Positions 27,131 to 38,130 of a stretch of DNA of 64,000 bases are shown here, in pieces. How positions within the stretch are numbered: position 1 is the stretch's first letter; the number at the start of each line of letters is the position of its first letter. Both the position numbers and the translations under genes were made by a program. The stretch comes from Lama guanicoe. Lineage: Eukaryota. The stretch spans positions 3,612,575 to 3,676,574 of the forward strand of contig MU055356.1 of assembly GCA_013239625.1 (NCBI GenBank), written 5' to 3'. Under the pieces are notes generated by a model. That model saw nothing but the letters and a program-made list of their open reading frames with translations. It made no database searches and was not told where the DNA came from.

Positions 27131-27201
27131 TTTATTTTTTTAATTGAAGTATAGTCAGTTACAATGTGTCAGTTTCTGGTGTACTGCACAATGTTTCAGT
27201 C
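27131..27201 (-). mobile_element. Very short young L1 3' tail insertion
   Basis: T-tract + TTGAAGTATAGTCAGTTACAATGTGTCAGTTTCTGGTGTACTGCACAATG; TSD CCC(G/A)TATATTTCTT at 27117-27130 and 27202-27215. Confidence 0.85.
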
Positions 27202-27842
27202 CCCATATATTTCTTAACCTGCTACAATAATATATATTATCATAATAAATAAACATAAAATACCTATTGCATATATAATTTAAAGAAATACAATAAAATT
27301 GTCTTAGAAGATAGAATGAATAAAAAGTGCTAGTACATACTCATAGAATTGTTTTACTCACTGTTTCAAAAGTAGCAAAAGAAACTGGTTTGACGATACA
27401 AAACAAACTCCTCACTACACTTAACCATGGAGGTTTGCCATACGATACCTGCTGAAAATTGCTGCTGAATTCAACCAAAAAAGATAAAAGACAAGTAAGA
27501 GAAAGAGCTCACCGAGGCTAAGTCCACTTAAAAATAGAAGTTTCTCCTGGTGTTTTGCAACCTTACTCCCCTTGTTACTTAGCTAACAGTGAGTGAGGCA
27601 GTCCTGCAAATTAACGTGTGCAACCAATTTGAGATTGAAATGATCATTTTTATCATTATCATTACTATTACAGCCATTCATTACGTCTATGTTAAGTCTT
27701 GCAATCTATGTTATCTCATGTAATTTTTTTCAAAAATTTTGTGAAGTAGGTACCAGTTTCCCACATTTTAGAGAAATGGAAAAGGATACCCAGAGAGGTT
27801 AAACATTTTGAGCAAAGTCACATAAATTAAGTCTGCTCGAAC

Positions 27843-28050
27843 CAGTGTTGTGCTGATAAATGTTTACCAACCAGCTCTCTGGGGTCAGGGGAGAGTTCCG
27901 ATTTGTAATATTTGCTGAGTCCCATGGTGTAAATACTCTTCAGCAAGGGATTTCAAGCCGCCAAGGTGATGTCACTGAACACAATGGAGCTGGAGAAAGA
28001 TGTGCACAGTCCCATCATGTCAGCTAGGACATCAGCCCCAGCACACCATG
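27843..28050 (-). mobile_element. MER63A-like hAT-Blackjack MITE inserted in a MIR
   Basis: Termini CAGTGTTGTGCTG / CAGCACACCATG; internal GATTTGTA...CCATGGTGTAAATACTC...GATTTCAAGC...TGATGTCACTGAAC...GATGTGCACA. Confidence 0.75.
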
Positions 28051-29224
28051 GCCTGAATCCAGGCCAACCTCACTAGAAAAACGGAATATTCATCCACTGC
28101 AGCATGCCTGTGATCACATGAGTTTGGAAACTGGACACCAGCCATGTCTCTATCCTGGTGGGACCAAACAATTTGTAGAAAACAGCATCTTTTTTTCATT
28201 CACTGAAAAGGTGAAATATAGAGAAAGCCACCAAATTATTCTGTTGTCATTGTGTAAAGTCAGAATCAAAACTGAAAACTCTCTGAAAGTGGAATTGGAA
28301 GAAATATAGCAAAGAAACATCATATGAAGTGGGATGAGGCTACTGATGGAAAATATCGGCATTCTTCCGATTTTTTTCAAAATCAAATGTTATAATCCAA
28401 TAAAGAAAGGTCACACCACCCAGTCCTCAACTGTAACACCCAGGGTTATTTTTTCTCTTTTTCTTTCATCTGTGCTACCACATTGTGCTAAAATCATTCA
28501 AATGTCTTTTACTGGTTACTTTCCAAAATGCCCTAATATTCGTCTTCTAGGGCAAAAGTTATAAACCAAGCCAGTGTCTACAGTCCCTGTCTAACTCATG
28601 ACTACTAATGAACGGGAAAGGAGAAAAGCATATCTACATTTTCAAAGACGAGCCTAAGTCATTCATAAGTAATTTTGCCCAAAAGGAAGAGAGAGAGAGT
28701 GGTAGATGAAAAGGTAAATCTCCAACATTTACTTTAAAACTAACCATCACCCTGGTGATACATCACAAATGAATTTTAGGGAGAGAGATTTTAAAAAGCC
28801 TTTGCTTGGCTGACAAAATCTGTGAGGTAAAAGGTAAGACTTCCTTTACATATGACTATAAAACTAAAATAAATCTTCTTTCTAGATCAAATTTTAAAAA
28901 CTGTATCATGAAAATGTGTTCTTTTATATGCTAAAAATTTCAAAACAAAAATCATAAACCTGATGGAAAGACCATTTATATTAATGTATAAAGACTAGCA
29001 AACGCAAAAACAATAAATCATAAAATTGGCGAAATGATTTGCTTTGAGATTTTCATATAAAAGGTTTAAGTACTCTGAATGAAGAAAAGAGATAAGAAAA
29101 ATTAATAGATAGATATCATTTGGCAATGTAAAATACAGGATTTATTTGCCAACTGTTTGTCAGGAAAGTTCTTTCACTTTAAATTTACTGGCCAAGTGTA
29201 GGATGAAAAAAAACAATACAAATA

Positions 29225-29350
29225 ACCTTTAATGAAAAAGAATGTGAAAATGAATATATGTATGTATGTGCATGACTGGGACATTATGCTGTGCACCAGA
29301 AATGGACACGCTGTAACTGAGTGTACTTCAATTTTAAAAAAGAAGAAAAT
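29225..29350 (+). mobile_element. Short young L1 3' tail insertion
   Basis: ...CATGACTGGGACATTATGCTGTGCACCAGAAATGGACACGCTGTAACTGAGTGTACTTCAATT + A tail; TSD AATACAAATA at 29215-29224 and 29351-29360. Confidence 0.85.
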
Positions 29351-30329
29351 AATACAAATATTAAATGTTAAAAATAAATAGACAAGATGGAAAAGTTTAT
29401 GACTAATCATTCAGCAGTGTTAATAATTTAATAAAAATCTAGTAGTTTCAATAATTTACTCAAAATCTACTAGTTTCAATAATAATAAAAAGTAGCTCTA
29501 TTAAAATGAGAATGTAAGAGGCTCAGCATTATTTCTGACATGTGGGTTTTTATAGAAATAAATATGCCCATGGGCCTTTATAAATGACAGAAACTCATCT
29601 CTGAAAGGATATGTGGAAGGCATTCCAAAGAGCCACCGAGGCAATGTGTTACCTTCCCGGTATGCCTGGCCAGGGAGGAAGAGGTGATGGAGGTGGCGGG
29701 GGTTCTGGGGAAGTGAGAGGACAAGTCTGCCCCAGCACCAGCTCTGATGGAAAGCCTGACATCTCTGTGACACAGTCTAACATGAAGCATTAATTGTGAG
29801 AGTGTCTATCTTTCTTCAGTGAGAATCTCTGGCTGTAAGTTTAGACCACTGGTCCTCATTACGCCTCCTAGAAGACAGAAGAAAAGCGATAGAAAGAGTA
29901 TGAGATTTAGAAACAGAAAAGTCAGGTTGAAATTTTGATGTCATCACCATGAGTAAGGTTAGATCAAATTATTGAGCTGAGCCTCAGTTTCTCCATCTGC
30001 AGAGCAATGATATAAACGGCTATCTAGCAAGACGATGAAGATCAAATGAGATGGTTACATAAAGTGTTTTATAAACTGTATGTCACTGTATAAATAACAA
30101 TCACTTCTTACTATTTCCATCTATTTGATAGTCCCTAAATTATTCAAAAATAGCTACCACATGCCACCAAGGATATTTAAGGGAGGGGACAATTTTCCAT
30201 ATTCAAATCAAATCAGTATCAAAACATGCTAAGAGCCTAGCTGTTACCTCTTAAGTGTTCCAGGTTGTTAATGATGACAAAGTCATTTGGTCATGTACAA
30301 TTCTGTGACAGTAATATGCTACCATCTCA

Positions 30330-30580
30330 GTGATACACATGGTTACAGCAGAGGTCCAGTTAGATTCTGATATATTTTGACAACAAAGCATGTCTTGTTG
30401 GATTAGATTAGATGGGGAGTGTGAGAGAGTCAAGCGTGGGTTCAAGATTTTTGGCCTCAGCAACTGGAAAGATAGAGTTGTTACTTAACAAAGATGAGGA
30501 AGACTGGGTAGAGCAGGTCTAGTGGGAAAATCAGTTAAAGCTGTTTATTAGACAACCAAGAAGAGATGTCAAATAGTAGT
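30330..30580 (-). mobile_element. L2 fragment
   Basis: GATTCTGATATATTTTGA...GATTAGATGGGGAGTGTGAG...CAAGATTTTTGGCCTCAGCAACTGGAAAGATAGAGTTG. Confidence 0.75.
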
Positions 30581-30778
30581 CTAACAAAATAAGAATAAAA
30601 AGACCAAAAAACAAGGCATTGGTGGTATACAATGTTGAAACCAACTCAAGAGTTCTTTGAAAATAATTCTTGAGTTGTTAGTTTTGCAACAGGCTTAGAG
30701 AACAATCAGTCGAAATTAAAACAGGAAATCAGTGGTAATCTCCAAGAACAATGCCTTCTACGAAAAGAATGAAATGGA

Positions 30779-31019
30779 TTACAAGAAAAACACAGTGCAA
30801 TTAAGGAGTAGAGTTATATAATAAAGTAGAAATATATTTTTTTCTCTCAAGTATATAAAAGAAAGGCATCTAAAAACAGGAAGAACAATATTATCTGAGA
30901 TAGTCTGATGGAGTAAATACGAAAAACCTGAAGGAAGACATGGTTTTGAACAATTGTTACAATGTAAGAAATAATCATTTATTTGGCCTTTTTTTTTGAA
31001 TAGCACAGAGGGTATATCA
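30779..31019 (-). pseudogene. Probable terminal exon relic Q: DIPSVLFKKKGQINDYFLHCNNCSKPCLPSGFSYLLHQTISDNIVLPVFRCLSF...
   Basis: ttttcttcttgatggtttcAG acceptor; phase 2 matches exon P (AG+T = Ser); about 79 open codons to TAA (ORF 30779-31006). Confidence 0.6.
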
Positions 31020-33224
31020 CTGAAACCATCAAGAAGAAAATACAGTCATAGTTCTCCACTCAAAAAATAAGTATGTGGTTATTGGTTTTTAACATTTAGA
31101 AACAATTTATAGGCAAAGATCTAAAGGTTACGAAATTTGAGATGTTTTGGCTGAAGTCATCTGCGATTTTAAAACTTAACTCTTTATTGTCACTAAGGGT
31201 CATTTTTATACACGGTATCCTTAGTGAGGATCTATAGTTAATTGTTTTTCAGTAGCCAGGTTTCTTTTTTCCTTGAAGAGCTGGTCAGTTAATAATAATT
31301 TTTTTAAAAGTTGAATTTGTATCAGAATTTTACTGGACATCTGAGCTCTTTTACTATGAGACGCAAAACTTCTTTTAAAAATATGTCAAAGGCACATATT
31401 TCATGGGCAAACTTCAGATGGCATAGAAGCATAAAGCTTCAGGCTTGACAGAAACCTTGGAAGAGATCTTACTCAAAGCCAAGGACTAGACGACCTCGCA
31501 CGGCTTTCATCTGAGAGCATTCATTAAGACCCACGTGACAAAGGCATTCTAGACATTAAAATGGTGTTCATCCATCTTTTAAAGACATGATCCCAGTCTT
31601 TAAGAATGATTTCTTCAAAATAATAAGACATAGAGGCAAATGTATCTGGATTTTTTTCCCCCAAATATTAAGCAAGAAGTTAAAAGAAAAAGGTTGAAAA
31701 ATAAAGTATGAATTTTAAAACCAGCCATAATGTTCATTTGCCTTGTAACATGGTATGAAAAAAGTCATAACTATCCCCGACCTTTGATCCACTAAAGATA
31801 TACTTTTCATATTTAAGTGGGAGCATTTGTTTATTGACTATCTGGATTCATTTACATGCAAATAGAAAATCTAGACTTTGCCATGACAACTGACATTAAT
31901 CAAATAAAAATGTGTTGTCCCCAAGCCCACACCATTCAGAATGGAATGTCACCTGAAACTTTCAGCTCCTGTCAAGGTGAAAGGTGGAAGGGGGGCCACA
32001 CCCCACTTCTACTGAAGACCTTTGCTCAAGGAACATAAGGACCCTTAGCCCACCGCTATCTTCAGGGTCCTTCCTCTTCCTAATAACTGAATAATTATAT
32101 AGTCCACTACATGCTTGAAATGGACTATTTATTCGCAAAGTCATTTTCTTTTTCTCTGAGGATAACTAGCTTTGTATTCTTATTCCATCATTTACTAAGC
32201 TCTTAGATCTTATGCAAATCACTTGAACTTTACCCTTGACTTTCTCGAAACTAATTTATCAAATCTACTTCTTAGGTTTCTTCAAAGAATAAAGAAAGGA
32301 GCATATATAACTGGGTAAATGGGCTGTACAATATCTGGTACATAATAGGCATTTAATAAGTATTAACTGCATCTTGCAGTCATATGTTCATTATATTTTG
32401 GACATTTTAGATAGAGATCCTAGAATCAAAAGTATACAGAGATCTTTGCAGGAAAAGAAACCACTCATGTTTCCAAGAGTTAATTAAGTGAATTAATTAA
32501 GCCCTAATGATATTAAACATTTTAAATGGTGTGGGTGACTTTCAAGATTGAAAGCAAACTCTTCTGTAATCTCCAGCAATAATAATTTGCTTTACTTTCT
32601 GTGCAGAGAAGGGCCTCTCTCTTTACATGGGAAAGCCTGTCATGTACAACCAATAGAATAAAGCCGAAGTCGTAAGGAAGACTCAATTTTGAAAAATAAA
32701 CTTATACTTGGTCTTATTATTATACACAGCAATCTAAAAATAGTATTTGCCCCCAAATGACCTTTACACATTCCCTGAACAATTAAGAACTGTACACAAC
32801 CCACATTTCCATGCTCTGAGGAACCCAAGAGGTCGTTCCTGGGTATTCTGCCCAGCCTCTTCTTTGAACAGATAAGAAGTCATAGCACAGGCAAATGAAG
32901 TTCACCTCACAAACAGGTGTTGGGTACCCGCCCTGTTTCAGGAAGGATGCCCATGTAGGTCTGAACTTAACAAAATCAACAAGACCTTCTGATTCTCTGT
33001 CTAGTATTCCTCGAAAGAACTCACACCTTGTGAGCCAAAAGTAAATTTATTCTCATCTAAGAATTAAAGGGCACAAATTAAAACAATGCCACAATAAAGC
33101 ATCACATTTACTATACACTAGGATTGAGAGGTTCTGGAAAAAATGGTTTTCTGGGTAGCTAAGGATGTCCAGAAATATTTTTGCTTCAATCTCTATTATA
33201 AAAAACTATCAGAAATTTATTTAC

Positions 33225-33577
33225 CTATATGGTACTGTCTTGCATTTGTAAAAAGAAGAAGGAGGAGGAGGAGTAAAAGGAGGGGGCACAGATGGAGGAG
33301 GGGGAAGAACATCTCTGAGGACTGAGGAGCTTGTGATACTCCAAGTGTGGTCCAGCACTCTGACTGTAGATAGAGTATGTATGTATTTGTGTACCACTAG
33401 AGTTCTGATGGATGCAGGATTCAGTATAAAATTATGTGTTTTAGGTTAATTTTATTTTTTCTTTTTATGTCATTCTCCATTTTTTGTTAAATTCGATGCA
33501 GAGGAAAAACACTCTGCTAAGTTCTGAATTCAAGATTTTCTTGTTTCGAATAAGCTGTGGCATGATATTGATTTAAT
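33225..33577 (-). pseudogene. Exon relic P: IKSISCHSLFETRKS*IQNLAECFSSASNLTKNGE*HKKKK*N*PKTHNFILNPASIRTLVVHKYIHTLSTVRVLDHTWSITSSSVLRDVLPPPPSVPPPFTPPPPSSFYKCKTVPY, phase-2 end
   Basis: One frame over 353 bp with 4 stops and a polyproline segment; TAG|GTAAAT donor. The 5' boundary is either ttatttttaaAG at 33577 or continues up to the MER at 33658. Confidence 0.6.
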
Positions 33578-33658
33578 CTTTAAAAATAACAGCACAAGTA
33601 CCGTGAAGCTGTGGCATCTTTGCCTATTTCCATCCATAAAAATGATGACTGGATAAAC

Positions 33659-33937
33659 AAGCATTTCCCAAAGCATGGCCCTCAAACACTAACTGTGAGA
33701 TGTTGCAAAAAATGAAGATGCCAGTCAAATAAACACAGCTTATGATCATCTCCTCTTGAGACCGATGTGTATGCTGGGTTAGTAAAGGCTCTGAGAAGTC
33801 CAGTAGAAAAGAAGCCTGGTTATGTCATATATGCCAGTGCTTCCCAAACTAATGTAAAACAGTACACGTTTTTAGCAGAGCATCTATTAACATCCTCTGA
33901 ACTGCCATTGTGTGAAACAGACAGAGGAAGTAGGCTG
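33659..33937. mobile_element. hAT-Charlie MER (Charlie4-like)
   Basis: Left end GCATTTCCCAAAG...AACACTAA...GAGATGTT; internal AAAGGCTCTGAGAAGTCC...CCAGTGCTTCCCAAACT; right end CTATTAACATCC...GAAAC...GCTG, mirroring the left end. Confidence 0.6.
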
Positions 33938-33985
33938 TAGCCACATGGGAATGTGGCGTCTTCTTGAATGTGGAACTCAACAAAA
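33938..33985 (-). pseudogene. Exon relic O (5' part): FVEFHIQEDATFPCG, running into a Charlie-type MER
   Basis: Strong acceptor cttcatttttcttgctttcccttAG; phase-2 start; open frame. Confidence 0.5.
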
Positions 33986-34799
33986 CTAAGGGAAAGCAAG
34001 AAAAATGAAGCAACATCCCTTAAGTCAACTGGATAATGGAGTGGGTTATGAAACAAACACTGCCTTGGGTTTGTTTATGGGGTTTTTTGTTTATCTTTTC
34101 CCCTCCTGTCCAGGATTATTCCCTGCAGGAAACTGTGGGCTTTCAGAGAGCAGAGACTGAAAAAATCCTAAGCATATGAATTAGCACAGATAAGATACTG
34201 AAAATCCAACAGAAATAACTTAAAAGTTAATAAAATCGAAACTCTACCCCATAATGTTCACTATTGTGCTCTTTAAAAATACTGGGTAATAGCAAGACTG
34301 GGGGAGAACTGCACATGTGCACGTTGGCTGTTGCAAGAAGCCTCCATCACTTGGCTTATCTTCCAAGAACAAAAAAATCAGAGACAAGGAAGTCCTGATG
34401 TCAAGAAGTCACTGCGTGTGCTCTTGGTCTCTCTCTTCTCCATCATCCCAGGTCTGGAACATAGTCATGATGGAGCTAAGTGAACTCTGATGGGAATAAA
34501 CTGCCTAAACACAATTTCTAAGGGCCCCAAATAATCGTAGCAACCATTCTGGCATTTTCATCCAGTGCCGCCACTATCTAATGCAGCTGTGTAAGCGGCT
34601 TCATTGTCTGCCCTCTAAAGGCCTGTGATAATAGCCCACACTCTGACTTTCAGTGTAAGACGGTCACACACACAGACTTTCAGAGCTCCCTCTGCTGTGG
34701 CTTATAGAGGAATCTATTCAATGAGGCTCCCAGGATTTACTCTGTGCCCCTAAAATTCAAAATACACTTGTGAATTACAAATGTAATTTTATTTGTAAT

Positions 34800-35957
34800 A
34801 GCCATAATAATGTTAGCTAATCTTATTTGAATGCTGCCATATGCTGGGCACTCTACAAAGAGCTTTAGATAGAACTTTCTCCTTTCACCCTGTAGATATA
34901 ATTATCCCCATTGTACGGACAAGAAACCCAAAGCACAGAGAGTTTAGGTCCATTTCCCAAGATCGCACAGCTCTCAAGGCAGGAAGATGATATTCCCATC
35001 CAGGCAGGCTAACTCCAGATTGTGCCCCCTAATCCTGATACCATGCTGCCTATTACAAGTAAAGCAAACGCTTCCGTTCTGATTGGCAAGTGAAGCAAGT
35101 AAAAACAAAAGAATAATTCATAAACGTGAAGATTTTTCTTGCTTGTATGATGGTTGAGTGTGGGCTCTGGAGCATGACTGCCTCAGTTCAAAGCCCTGCT
35201 CTGCCTCTTAACAGCCATGTGCCTGTGAGCAAGTATTCAACCTCACTAAACTCCCAGTCTCCTTATCTGTAACATGAGGATAATAACTAGCTTTCATCGA
35301 GGACTTATGCCATCCATTTTCTATACATTGCATGTGTTAATATAGTTAATTCTATGAAGTGGGAACTGTTACTATCTTTAATGATACTTAAGTAATGGTA
35401 GAATTAAATGTTTTCATGCAAGTAAAGAACTTTGAATGACCCCTGCATAGCATACCAATAAATGTTAGCCATCAGACATCTCACACTTCAGCTTCAAAAC
35501 CCATTATCACAATCATGAGCATCATCACAACAGCATCATAGGAACGCTACTACAAATCAGTGGTATATTATTTTTTAAAAAGAGAGGGGGTGATCTAGGT
35601 TTCCAGCAATGCTTTAATGCAACATAAATGTATGAACCAGTAGCAATAAGAAGTGACTAAGAAGGCAGCTCTGTGACAGTGGTTAAAGCAGCAGCTCTGC
35701 GTACAAGCTGCCCAGATCAGAAGATCACCTTTGCTACTTAACAGCTGTGTGACTTTGGGCTAGTGGCTTACCCTATCTGTGCCTCGGTGTTGTTCACCTG
35801 TACAATGAAGATAATAAAAATGCTGGCCCTTAGAGGGTTGTAAAGTGGAGGTAATAATAATGTTGTTTGTCTTCTAAGTTTATGTAGTTTAAATGAGATA
35901 ATATATGTTAACATATTTATAAAAAAGCTTGGCAGATACTCGAAAAACAGCTAGCAT
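34800..35957. mobile_element. Cluster of three MIRs (one minus, two plus)
   Basis: ATTATCCCCATTGTACGGACAAGAAACC...CCCAAGATCGCACAGCT; GGCTCTGGAGC..GACTGCCT..GTTCAAA; ACTTAACAGCTGTGTGACTTTGGGC...TCTGTGCCTCGGT. Confidence 0.8.
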
Positions 35958-36097
35958 TATTTTTTATTTATTTTTAATCATTTTTTAATAAGGGGAGGTA
36001 ATTAGGCTTGTTTGTTTGTTTGTTTGTTTTGCTTTTTTTTTTTAATGGAGGTACTAGGGATTGAACCCAGGTCCTCGTGCGTGCTCAGCACGCACTC
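35958..36097 (-). mobile_element. Camelid tRNA-derived SINE lacking its 5' A-box end
   Basis: GGGGAGGTAATTAGG...TTTAATGGAGGTACTAGGGATTGAACCCAGGTCCTCGTGCGTGCTCAGCACGCACTC; same family as 16298-16431. Confidence 0.85.
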
Positions 36098-36261
36098 AGT
36101 CAGGCAGCAGTAGTGGTGCACACCACTACTACCACAGTGCAGCTCTGCTACATAACTCAGTGTATTTTGTGACTGTTTTCCTCATAGGATCATTGCCCCA
36201 AGAGAAACAACACGACACATGTGACGTAGGGATAGCGTTAGTTTTAAAATAAAAGCAACAC

Positions 36262-36357
36262 TCTGCATGAAGACCCAGTAACTCCATTTCCTGAAGTTGG
36301 TGAAAGGACATCCAGTATGTTTTGGTGCTCTTTCAATCACATCTCACCACCAGTGAT
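36262..36357 (-). pseudogene. Tentative exon relic N
   Basis: gttttccattttAG acceptor is good; donor (AGA|GTGTTG) and reading frame are uncertain. Confidence 0.3.
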
Positions 36358-37466
36358 CTAAAATGGAAAACTTCCTAGGGTATTATTTTTAATAAGTCAT
36401 TACTAACCACCAGGATACAGCATGAGGATATAAACAGCACTCTAAAGAAAATGGAATTCACTGATAAATTATGTTAACTGGTTTTATTTGAACAAGGGAA
36501 TGACTGTTTACAGTTTCACAGTCTAATAGCCTTTCCATTCTCAATGTTGGAAAAAGGAATTATACCTCAAAGCGTTTAATTATTAAATCTGATATATCCT
36601 GACTGTACACACGTATGAAAGAGAGAAAATGTTCAGCAAGGATACAGGAAGGCGCCCGCTGGTACTGTTAACAGTGGGGCGTCAAGTCCTCGTGGGGAAC
36701 CATGAGTGCTTAGGGGAAATGTGGAAAATGCATGTCCTTCCCCAAAGTCTACCTCCTTCCCTGGCCTCCCCAGTTCTGGATCAGGAGAGGGGTGTCGATC
36801 CAGAAGGAAACTCTAACATGTACTCAGTTGCTTTGAGATTACCATAATTAATCTTAAACTGACACAGAGCAGCACTAAGGCTCATGATGGAATTTGAAGC
36901 AATAAGCATGAATAAATCCCCTCGGCCCAAAGTGGAGCCACACATAATAAGCTGTTAAAAATCAGGATTATTGTTCAAACCGGCACTCTGATCCCAAGGG
37001 AAGTCCAGAAATCAGGGGGATTTGCTGGTCTCTTCTAAGAACACCCCATTTCCAAACACTCGGTTTGGAGTTTGCCAAAACAAATGCATTTTCAGAGAGA
37101 GACCAGATGAGGTGTAAATTGAACCATGTTTTTCTTACCCATTACGAGTCAAATGTCTGGTTCATTTGGGAACAAGATCTCTTCCAACAAAAGGTTTAAC
37201 TAGATTTTTTTCTCATGTATTTATTTATTTGTTTATTTATTTATTATACGAATACCCCCCCTTACTCAACAAAGTTTATGAGATCACTAATAAAAGACAC
37301 ATTTTAAAAATCAAGGCCAAGAAAAATAAAACCCAAGCTAAAATATCACAAGGTGAATGTAACTGGGCAACGGATTTGGTTTTAAGCTTCCTGATGGTCA
37401 GAGCAAGAAGAGCAAGGGTCTCCAAGAATTAAGCTAATGGCACTGCAGGTATACCGCCAGACTTAC

Positions 37467-37724
37467 ATGATTTCAGGCTATTTCAATGAGTACATGTGTC
37501 TACTTAAGACCCACAGATCAATGTTACATCAGTTGGTTCCTTCACACGTGATTTTTTTCAGAGCAACTTTCCCCTAGAGAGGCCTCCAGATGCTACAGAA
37601 GGACGGTCTCTACAAACAGTCTTTCAGTTTTTAAGATAAGGTCAATGTTTTTATTTTTAAACCAAGGAAATGGATCATTACCAAGTAATGGCCACTGTAT
37701 TGCCAACAGTGCACTCTTGTTTTA
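37467..37724 (-). pseudogene. Exon relic M (258 bp): KQECTVGNTVA... [frameshift] LLGNDPFPWFKNKNIDLILKTERLFVETVLL*HLEASLGESCSEKNHV...
   Basis: Long T-rich tract ending tttcacttttAG and CAT|GTAAGT consensus donor; several stops and frameshifts inside. Confidence 0.65.
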
Positions 37725-38130
37725 CTAAAAGTGAAACAAACACAAAACAAAAACAAAACAAAAGACTCCCTGTTTTCTAACATAGACTTATCAGGAGATC
37801 AGTTCTCATTAGTTAGTCCAGCATGTCTGCAGAGCAAAGGCTCAGTAAATGTGCTGCATCAAATTAGGTCCAATTCTTCAGGTATCAGATCTATAAGCCA
37901 CAGCTGTTGTTCTCATGTTATTTATTAAGGGTTTTCAGTGCAATTTTAGAAGGATTCATGTTTATGTAAAAGAAAGGCATGAAAGAATAAAAGAATAAAA
38001 TCATCGTAATATATATTTTGAAAGAAGAAGAGAATTTAACGTGCTAATTTAACAGGTAGTGAAAAACTACCCTATATCCCATTCTGGTCTCTGGTACTTC
38101 CACACATTGTCTAATTTAATACTCACAATC

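Noticed and set aside
29434-29483. Short tandem duplications (also GCATAAAGCTGGAG x2 near 50811-50839) and an 8-bp stem at 60321-60346
   Set aside because: Two-copy slippage products or chance stems; not arrays, and nothing CRISPR-like exists in this eukaryotic window.
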